A DNA stretch of 64,000 nucleotides from Octopus vulgaris (taxonomy: Eukaryota), in assembly GCA_951406725.2 (NCBI GenBank), contig OX597841.1, positions 14,136,001 through 14,200,000 on the forward strand, written 5' to 3'. How positions within the stretch are numbered: the first letter of the stretch is position 1; each line of letters begins with the position of its first letter. Below the pieces are notes generated by a model that saw nothing but the letters and a program-made list of their open reading frames with translations, was not told where the DNA came from and searched no databases. Positions 37,874-49,400 of this stretch are shown piece after piece. A program made the position numbers and the translations under genes.

Positions 37874-39163
37874 CAGCGTGGAATTTTGTCAGTGAACAGG
37901 TCGTGGTCTCTAAGCGATGAAAATATTTTGACAAATTAAACTTAAATGTTGAAGTGAATCGAACGGTTTTTGTGTGTTTCTTAAATGGCTTATAAACACC
38001 TTCCACGCTGCAATTGCTTTCGTTCCAGTACACGATCTCAGATCAGGTCACTTGCTATGCAAGTACATCTCCGTAATATATACATACACACACACACACA
38101 CAATCGCACAGCCATGTATACACACAAATGGCTTACACATTCATTTACTCAAATACAAAAGTCATGCACACACATACACACACTAGTCAATATGCCTATG
38201 CTCCCACCGACCACTAACCTTCTTCTTAAAGTCGAATCTCTTGTTTTCCTTGCAGCAAATACATAGAATGCTCCATGTGCCGGTTTGCGACCAGCTGCAG
38301 CACTGCCTACGCTACGCACATGTTGGGCTTTCACTCAGGGCGACTCACTAACTTCAGCATTAGTATCCCCACCGAGAAGCCGATGGACGAACCCATGTAC
38401 TGTCTGTGTGGCTTCGGGAGTCGCCTCGGCAACAAAATTGGTAAGTCCTTCACTCTGTCTGTCTGTCTGTTTGTCTCTCTCTCTGTTTCTCCATGTCTGT
38501 TCAAACTCTTGGACCCAGTGTTCCTCGAGACAGGGATAGGGGTTAGTGATTGGGAAGGGCTCCAAGTAACAAAGAAACAAACCTGTATATCTTTAAAGCT
38601 TGCAATGGAGTTTTCGTTAAAACTTCCTGTGAAGGTTTAGAAGATTCTCGGTTGAACGAACAACTGGTCAACTTTAAATTTGGTTTGGTGCTGCTTTTGG
38701 CTTGTGTTCTTGAACAGCTAAAAGGTTTTTCAGATGTTCAGTTAAAATTTATTTTGATAATATTGTTCTGACATTTTTCGTCCATACTTTTATTAATTTT
38801 AATAACAGTAATAATAATGATAATATATGTGTGTATATGAATGAATATATATATATATACGGGAAAATTTACGAAAATAAACAAAAGACGAAGGCAGGTG
38901 GTGTACAAACAAATAAATGTATTACTATAGCACTCAGGAATAGAAAAAGTCTTTTACGTTTTGAGCCTACGCTCTTCTACAGAAAGGGACACAGAAAAAA
39001 CAAGGAGAGAAAAAAATGTGTGTAGTATATATATGTATATATTCTGAGAAGATATAATATGAATGAAAATAGGGGCTTGACTGCTATTTCTTAACATGTA
39101 AGGGTTTTTGCAACCTTCTCCATTATAATTGTATAATTGTGATTTATTCATAATTATAAACAC

Positions 39164-39199
<36 letters not shown>

Positions 39200-40237
39200 G
39201 CATACATATATACACCCCTCTCTCTCTCAGAGAAGCAACACTAGTGTCGTCTAACCAGCCCACTCAAAAGTTCCTTGGATCGTAGGGTGACATGCCATGC
39301 TTGAGGTGACCTATTGAGTCAAGTACATCAACATCAAATCTCATTCAAATGGAAATTGTAGTTGTAATCCCCAGGCTGGTGGTACGTAAAAAGCACCACC
39401 CAAACATGGCTGATGCTAGTGCTGCCTTGACTGGCTTCTGTGTCGGTAGCACGTAAAAAGCACCATCCAATCGTGGAGGCTCATGGCTTAGTGGTTAGGG
39501 TGTCAGCATCATGATTGTAAGATTGTGGTTTCGATTCTTGGACCGGGCGATGTGTTGTGTTCTTGAGCAAAACATTTCATTTCACGTTACTCCAGTCAAC
39601 TCAGCTGGCAAAAATGAGTAACGCTGCAATGGACTGTCATCCCGTCCAGCTGGGGAACACATACTCCATAGAAACTGGGAAACTGGGCCCATGAGCCTGG
39701 CTAGGCTTTAAAAAGGGCGCATTTATTTTTATTTTATATATATATATCATTATTATTTAATACGGTTTGATTTGGCTCCATGCAACTTAAGACTTATAAC
39801 AGAAATCTAGCTCATTCAGGGAATTTAACTAAAATTTTGGATGTAATTTGAGGGAGATTTGGTTGCTATTTCTGGAAGGTGTGAGTGCCACTATTGGTGC
39901 TCCGTCTCTGTCCCGATTATCCAAGTACAGAGACTTCGCAATGATGTTTCTCTCTCCTCTCCATGTTGCCCGTTCAAGGTAAGTCGATGTGAAAGCCATA
40001 TATGTAAATGCTGTGTTGTGCCATACGTGTGGGAGGTGGCGGTGTTCATTCCTTGTTCATTGATGTCTCCTTCTTCTCCCGTTTTCCTTTTCGTGCCTCC
40101 TCCTCCGCTGCGGTGCTCCTCAGCTAATCACATGGTATACTGCATCAAGAAGACTTGTTACACACAGAAACCAGACGTGGACTGGGTCGAAGTAGACGAC
40201 GTGGATGAAGAATCAAATTGTGAGTCTCTCTCTTCTT

Positions 40238-40276
<39 letters not shown>

Positions 40277-41388
40277 AACACACACACAGACCAAAGCAGT
40301 TTCTTGCTCCCTGTCTTCCCTCTGTCAGAACTTCTCTTCTCTTCTGTAAGTGTTCATCCATCGGTGTGACGAAAAACCATCGAATCATTCTTGAGAAAAA
40401 CTGGTAACTTATTTAAAGTCATGGTTCACAGTTGGGCTCCATGTGACCCCTGCTGGTCCATATAAGATTTTTGGGGTTCTGTGCAAAGAGAATAGTAAAT
40501 TGGGGATCCAGAGTAGGGTTTTAAGGGTCCGTGAGAACTTTGGATTAAAATGTATGTATTGTTAGTAACAGCTGGTTTTTGGGGTTCTGTGCAAAGAGAA
40601 TAGTAAATTGGGGATCCAGAGTAGGGTTTTAAGGGTCCGTGAGAATTTTGGATTAAAATGTATGTATTGTTAGTAACAGCTGGGTTTCTTTCTCTAACAT
40701 TTTATATTGTTCAACCTACACAAAGGAATTTGTGAATAACAAAATAGTATTTATGAAACTAGTTTTAAAATGTTGAATGGCTGTAGGGGTCCATCAAATT
40801 AAAATAGTAATGAAAGGGGTCGTTATCATCATCATCATCATTTAATGTCTGTTGTCCATGTTGGCATCGGTTGGACAGTTTGACCTGAGCTGGTAAGCCG
40901 AAAGGCTGTACCAGACTCCAGTCTGATTTGGCAAGATTTCTACGGCTGGATGCCCTTCCTAACACCGACCACTCCGAGAGTGTAATGCATGCTTTTTATG
41001 TGCCACTGGCACAGGTACCAATTTGTGTGACACCAGTGTCTGCCCTGACTATGATTTCATGGGTCTTTTACTCAAGCACAGCATCTTGACCAAAGGTCTC
41101 CATCATTTGTCATTCCCAGCCTTACCAGCTCTTGCCAGACTCTCCAACCCATGCCAGGAGGGAAAACAGATGTTAAGTGATGCTGATTCATGATGATACA
41201 CACACCAACATATATACAACACAAACACACACTGGTTGGCGTTAGGAAGGGCATCCAGCCGTAGAAACTCTGCCAGATCAGACTGAAGCCTGGTGCAGCC
41301 TCCTGGCTTCCCAGACCCCGGTCGAACCGTCCAACCCGTGCTAGCGCGGAAAGCGGACGTTAAACGATGATGATGATGATGATGATGA

Positions 41389-41425
<37 letters not shown>

Positions 41426-41797
41426 TTTTCTCTCCTCATCCTTCCTCTCTCTCTCCCTCTCTGATTCACTTTGCCTTTGTTTATAACCTGTCTCTCTCAC
41501 CCTCTTCCTTTCCTTCTAGCTTCCTCTCTACCTCTCTCTCACTTTCTTTGCTCTCCGTCTCTCAGTACAACAAACCTATGTCTTTCAGTATAATTACCTC
41601 CCCCTCTCTCTCTCACTCTCCTCCCATCTCTGTTAGACTCCTCCTACTTCATCTTTCTGTTCAACTTGTCTGTCTCAATCACTTTTTTTTTCTGTATAAC
41701 TCTCACTCTCTCTCTCTCTCTCTCTCTCTCCTCTCTTTTACTCCTTTATTTCAGCCTCAGTTCCTTCCCACTCTTTCAAATTTCTAGGCCTTCTTCA

Positions 41798-41829
<32 letters not shown>

Positions 41830-42276
41830 AGTCTCCCTCTTCCCCCTACCTACCTCTCTCTATATGCCATGTTATTATTTACAGGAAGCTTAAGACGGAA
41901 CACCAGTGCTTCAGTAAATATCCCCGCCCCCTGTTGTGGCAATATTTCGGATAAGAAACACCCTTCCACAACTACTTTACCTCTCATGTGATGTGGTGGC
42001 TTCCAGTTGGTTAACTTTCACTCTGTCAGTGATAGGCACGTTATTATGTGTGTGTGTGAGTGTGTTGTGTGCTTATCTGTATAAGAAATATAGTCTTATG
42101 TGTACACATGTGAATGTGTATGTGTGTATATATGTATATTTGTGTTAATGTGTGTGTGTGTGTGTATATATATGTGTTTGTGTATAACTATATATGTATG
42201 TATATATACATGTGTATGTATGTGTATAGATGTATATGCCTATATGTGAATGTGAAGATGTGTATGTATGGGTATT

Positions 42277-42317
<41 letters not shown>

Positions 42318-45300
42318 GATATATATATATATGATATATATATATATATATATCATCATATATATATACATATACACACACAAAAAATGTGAATTATTAA
42401 GTCCTTGTCTAGCTTTTACATTCATGTCGCTACATGTTCATATCCATGTAGTTACATGTCTAAGAAATTTGTGTATGTGTATATCTGTTTGTGTGTATGT
42501 GTGTGTATTCATGTGTATAACACAATGATGTATCTCTTATTATAATCTTTGTATAAAAAACACCCAAGAATTTTCTCATGGATGCCTTATGCATAAAGGA
42601 CACATAGTCAAGTACTGGTTAAGACACTTTAATGTATCAATCGAAAATGAATTTGTAATCAGTGAGTTGCAGTCCATTGCAGAGTTGTACCCTCTGTCAC
42701 CTCCCCATGGTGACTGACAGCAGTGGAGATCGAACTCAGCATACATGGAACCAGAACGTTATACAGCAGGGCATTTCGTCTGACGCTCTGCCTTTTCTTT
42801 CTGCTAATTCACTGCAGTGGACTGGTATGTGATTCGGCCAGGCTCTCTGTCAGTTTACAGCGATGAGTGTTCCAGCTCATCCAATCAATGGAACATGCAG
42901 ACCTGTGTACCCTTAACCCTTTTGTTATCAACCCGGTTGCAGTCGACCGGAAAATTTTTTGGCTCAGACGACCAACCTGGCCGAGTTAACCCACTGATGT
43001 TTAAATGTGAATTTTAATACAAACCTCATTAGTGCATTCATGGAAACACTTGATTTCTCTTTGTAAATATCTGACATTGTTTGATGCGACTAGCTTCTGT
43101 GCCGGTGGCACATAAAAAGCACCATCCGAACATGGCCGATGCCAGCGCCGCCTTGGATGGCTTCCGTGCCGGTGGCACGTTAAAAGCACCAACCGATCGT
43201 GGCCGATGCCAGACTCCCCTGGCACCTGTGCCGGTGGCACGTAAAAAGCACCCACTACACTCGCGGAGTGGTTGGCGTAAGGAAGGATATCCAGCTGTAG
43301 AAACACTGCCAGATCAGACGGGAGCCTGGTGCAGCCTCCTGGCTTCCCAGACCCCGGTCGAACCTTCCAACCCGTGCTAGCGCAGAAAACGGACGTTAAA
43401 TGATGATGATAAATGATGATGATATCTGAGCTGTGTGAATTTTAGATTTTTTTTCCACAATTTCCTAAGGACTTTTTATTGAGCCCCGTGTCTGGCCCCT
43501 TTGTGACTCTGTCAGTTTGCTGCCTAAATTGGTTGAAGCATCGTTAGCGTTAACGACAAAGGTTGTGGATGTGGACGTGGACAATGTCAAAATTTTAACT
43601 AATCACTTAATGGTTTCATATCTTGACACAAGGCCAGTAATTTCGGGTGAGGGTGGGGGGAGTTGATTACACTGACCCCCTGCCCCATTGTTCAGTTGAT
43701 ATTTATTTTATCAATCCTGAAAGGATGAAAGGCAGCATCGACCGTGGCAGGACTTGAACTCAGAACATGGACAAAATTTCATTAAGTATTTTGCCTAGCA
43801 TGCTAACGATTCTGTCAGTACACCACCTTTAATTACATACAGGTGCGGTGGGTGGTGCAAAGGTAGGTATACAGCTATGTAAAAAAAAAACCCATACAAT
43901 TATCATTTATTTTTATCAAAAGAATTAAGTTACAATAAAAGTAAAAATATCAAAAATGAGGCTAACTTCGAAATATTTTTTTTTTGATAAAAATAAACGA
44001 GTATTGTACGTATTTTCTTTTTCTGTAACTGTATACCTACTTTTGCCCCCTTCCCATATTAAAAAATGAAGCTATGCAATGGAGAATGGGTTTGATGTTT
44101 GGTGAGCATTTTCCAGTCTTGTTGAACCTCTTCAGTGGAGCTGAGTCTGATAACATGTTAATTCATCTTAGTCTTTGTGAGGTAGCAAGTCAACAAGTTT
44201 GTATTTTTACTGGTTAAACAATTTAAAATAAATAACATTGAGAAAATTTCCTAGTATTTAAAACAGACAATTAGATTATGCCCGCCCCCTCTCACTCTCT
44301 TTTCTGCAAATAAATTTTTAATTAATTTAAATTTCAGAATTATCTCCCTTGCCTTCATTGACAAGAAGTGTCGATTAATGTTAATGCCTTCCCTTTTCAG
44401 TATTTGGTGTAATATCAACTAATTAAATGTTCCAGCCCACACTTACCTGGGTTCAAATGAAATGCAAAATTTGTGGGTGTCGGGGGAAGTCCTTGAAACT
44501 TCAGCCAGCCAGCTCCTTCATGTTTTGTTCTGGGATCTCTGACTTTACTCTTTGAGAGAGGGCACACCAAGCAGATGGGTTCAATTTAACCCATATGTGC
44601 CCCATAAAAAAAAAAAAAAAATGAAGTCTTTGAATTTCATTGTATTTAGATAAAACGCTATGGTAAGCTTTCACAATGTGGAAGAGAAGGACAGTAGGCA
44701 ACTGTCAGCTATGGGTGTCGACTCCCTACTGAGCATTTCCTATGCTCAGTCAGATCCCTCCCAGTGAGTTCATGTCCAAACAAGTAGGAGCAGGATTTGC
44801 GTTGTGAAAACACAACCAGGGGTGTATACGGGTAAAGCCAGAGTAGTTAAATAATTTAATAAAACAGTAGGCGCAGGAGTGGCTGTGTGGTAAGTAGCTT
44901 GCTAACCAACCACATGGTTCCGGGTTCAGTCCCACTGCGTGGCATCTTGGGCAAGTGTCTTCTGCTATAGCCCCGGGCCGACCAATGTCTTGTGAGTGGA
45001 TTTGGTAGACGGAAACTGAAAGAAGCTTGTCGTATATATGTATGTGTGTGTCTCCCTAGCATTGCTTCACAACCGATGGTGGTGTGTTTATGTCCCCATT
45101 ACTTAGCGGTTCGGCAAAAGAGACCGATAGAATAAGTACTGGGCTTGCAAAAGAATAAGTCCCGGGGTCGATTTGCTCGACTAAAAGGCGGTGCTCCAGC
45201 ATAGCCGCAGTCAAATGACTGAAACAAGTAAAAGAGAGAAAAGAGAGTCTATATATATAAAATTTTGAAAATGTGGTTCTTTGCATATTCAGAATCACCG

Positions 45301-46443
45301 TCATCGAAAACATAGGAATCCGGTGAAAAAAAAAAAATCGGAAAGGTCAGTTTTAGGGGTGGAGGTGACTGTTCTCCAGCTCCACCAAATTTTGTTGATG
45401 GATGGAAACTGAAAGAAGCCTGTCATGTATGTATATATATGTATATATATATAAATGCATATATGTGTGTGTATATATGTATATATATAAATGCATATAT
45501 GTGTGTGTGTATATATGTATATATATAAATGCATATATGTGTGTGTGTGTATATGTATATATATAAATGCATGTTTGAGTGTGTATATATGTATATATAT
45601 AAATGCATATATGTGTGTCTATATATGTATATATATAAATGCATGTGTGAGTGTGTATATATGTATATATATAAATGCATATATATGTGGGTGTGTGCAT
45701 ACATGTGTTTGTGTCTCTTCTTGACATCACATGATTGTTGTAAACAATTGTCACTGTTATACAAGCAGTGTCGTGCATTCCCAGTATTCTCCAAAACACA
45801 CGTCCAGCCCGGAGTGGGGTGTGGAATACTACCTTGTTTGGATCTGGTGAGGGTTGGTGACCGGAAAGGCACCCGGCCGTAGAAACATCTGACTCACGAT
45901 GCGAGCATGGAAAACGAGAACATCTAAAAGCGATGCACCTTAGTCGTAACGTTAAGAAGAATCCCTTGATTCCAGGTTCCGTCGCACTACTTGGCACCTT
46001 CGGTAAGTGTCGCAGGGTCTTTGCACAGCTTCATGTTGGTTATCGGCGTGGACAACGGAAGTTGGTAGGTAGAAATGATGCAGATGTCTGTCAAGTGTGA
46101 ACGCTAGTGTGCACACGCGTGCATGTCCTTCTGTGTGCTTGTGAATGCTTCTGTAAACGTGTGAACCAGTTTAAGACAATGTCCAGTTTTGTCCCATTGG
46201 TACAGATGCTAAATTTGTAGAAACCAGAAAAATATGTTCGTTGGTTGATAGTGTAATAACAATTCTCTTAGAAGCTGTGCTCCAGGATGGCCATAGACCA
46301 GTGACTGAAATTGGCTGTGTATTGCATTTTACTCTTAAATAGTTTTTTAAGTGCTCACAAGTTATCTGTCTTTGCAATATTCCAAAAATATATGTATGTA
46401 TATGTGTGCATATACATGCAGTATATATATGTGTGTGTGTATG

Positions 46444-46489
<46 letters not shown>

Positions 46490-49400
46490 GTTGGCATATG
46501 TAATAGGGATAAGGATGTGCATTGTCTGTTTAATTGGAAAATTCTATATGTGGCTGAAGATTGCTCGACATTTTAAAACTGATGTAATACTTACATTGTT
46601 TAATAAAACGAAGTAGCATGAAACGATTGTACTACACTACCTTGGATATACTTGTTGCTTGTTTTGATTATATATATATGAGGTTATAAATGACAGAAAT
46701 AGTTTGATAAAATTTTATTTGGCAATAAGGAAATTCTATTATCATGACAGATTGTTTCGTAACTTAAAAACATGTAAATAGTTTATATTATTATTATATT
46801 GAATAATAAATTACTTACGTCTGCATTAATGCAAAATGGAGAAGTTCGTTCAAAATAACGCAGAATTAAAGCTGCATTTTCTGATGAAAGAAAGTCTTTG
46901 TTAAATATTAAATTCTCAATGTAACATTATAAGAACACAAAGTTAAAAATTTAAAAGATTATGGAAGACAATAATGACAAAATTGATATGCATTAATTAC
47001 AGGATTTTCTAATAAGTGGAAGGGAATATTAGTAATCTAATTAAAAAGTAACTAGTAATAGTACATGTGAATGCTTGTGTAAATATGTGAACCAGTGTGA
47101 GACAGTATCGAGTTTGGTCCTGTTGCTACAGATGGTAACTTTGGGGTATCTCTCGTAGGAACCAGAAAAATATGTTCTTGGATTGATAGCATCAACGACA
47201 ATGCTCTTAGTTGAACAATGAGAATATGGATGGATAAATATTCTTTATCTGTGTATTAAGGCTACCATTGGTTTCATGCATTAAGGCTACCATTGGTTTC
47301 ATGTATTAAGGCTACCATTGGTTTCATGCATTAAGGCTACCATTGGTTTCATGCATTAAGGCTACCATTGGTTTCATGTATTAAGGCTACCGTTGGTTTC
47401 ATGAATTAAGGCTAGCATTGGTTTCATGTATTAAGGCTGCCATTGGTTTCATGCATTAAGGCTACCATTGGTTTCATGCATTAAGGCTACCATTGGTTTC
47501 ACGCATTAAGGCTACCATTGGTTTCATGAATTAAGGCTACCATTGGTTTCATGTGATTGGCTTGAAAAAAATTAAGATATTTCCTTGGTTTCAAGGCTGT
47601 TGGGAAACCAATGGTAGCCTTAATACACAAATAGAGTGTGTGTGTGTGTATATATATATATAGATATATATATAATATACATACACACACACACACACAC
47701 ATACATATAAGCATCTGTATATAGTGTTTATTTTTCCAGTCTTTACATATATCAGTTTGACTTGTGATGTTGGTTATGCTGCAATGATCACCCATTTTTG
47801 AAGTGGGGGAGGGGGAAATGAGAGAAAAAAAAATCGATCCCCCCCTCAGCAAAAAAATAATAAACCCACACATACACACACACACACATACACCCCATGA
47901 TTTTAAAACACTGGCTCCCCCTGTCCTCGTTGTCGCTGCCATTGTCGCTACTGCTGCCGCCACAAAGTGTCTCTGTGCCCCTTCCTGCCCCTTCCTGCTC
48001 CTACTCCTCCTTCCCCCCAAACCGCTCCCCCCCACACTGCCAAAATACCATAAAAGTAAATATAAAAAAAACCATTGTACCGCCTCCGTGCCGCCTCTAT
48101 GATATGTTACTTGATTGCCTTCCATCAGATGATGATCCATGTCGTCGGCCGGGCGCCTCCATTCTGGACGTTCTGGGATTGGTGAAGAAGCAAACATTAT
48201 TACCTGGCAGTAAGTACCACGCTCTCTCACACACTGTTTGTTGCTGTTTAAAACTATTTCATTTTTTTTTTTTTGAATTTTTTTTTTAATAATTACGTGT
48301 CCCACCCACCCCTGTCCCTTGCCTGCACCTCTTAACTACCCTGTCCTCTCCCCTACCCCTGGTCAGGCCCCCTTAGATTCCCGTCACCGCCAATAAATGT
48401 TCCACCTGATAAAAGCTTCACTGTTCCTCCAAAAAATCCTTGGCCCCCTGTTCCCCCCTTTAACTAATCATATCCTCCTGCCCCTACCAAGACCGCCATC
48501 ACTGGCCTTCCCTCCACCCTAAAATGAAAGCTCCACCCTATTTGAACGAGGGTGCAGTTTAGCTTATGTGCCCCCTCATTCTGCCCTATCCCCTCAGTAG
48601 CTTAAGTATTCCATACCACCACCACTTCTGACGTCCCTTCTCCCCCCAAATTCTACACTCCAAGCTATGAAATAATTTATGTTTATGCTCCCCAATTTCT
48701 TTGTCTGCCCCCCCCCCATCATTAAATATTTCTGCTGAGGATGGGCTGTCTTTCTGCTTCTATTTACACCCCCCCACCTGCCCCTGTCTGACCTTCCCCC
48801 AGAAAACTCCACTCTGCCTGAACTACGATGTGACTTGGTTCTCTCTCCATCTCCTGTTCACCGCCCTCCCCCCACCTCCGTCCCCCCACGCCCCACCCCA
48901 TCCCTTCATTACATCGTTACGTTGACCGACAGGCGGGCGGGTGGGTGGGCTGGCCGGCTGACCGAATGCCACAATCTTGGCGGAACGAAGGCGTCGTCGT
49001 CGTCCCTTTTTTTTTATCCATCTGTCTACCTGTCTGTCTGTCTGTCCCTGTCGCGTTCCCTGTTTTGTCCTTGGTGTTTGTTTGTTTGTCTCATGTGTAA
49101 TTTTGTCTGTTTTTTTTTTCTCTTTTTATTTGTTACGGGTTTCCCTGCTGCCCACCATCCACCCTTCCCTCACCAAGACCCGTCACCCTTTTAAGTTTGA
49201 CCACCCCAATTAACCTAAACTTAGCTCCCACCCCAGTGAGCAACAATGACAGCGAAAGTGATGGCAGCGTTGTCGTCTGTCTGTGTGTCCAGTTTGTTTC
49301 AGCATTTACTTGTTGGTTTACTCTTTTGGCCCCTTCCCTTCCAGTGCAACCCCCCCCCCCCGTGTCCCTATTTACACAAATCTGCAATCTGCATTTATTT

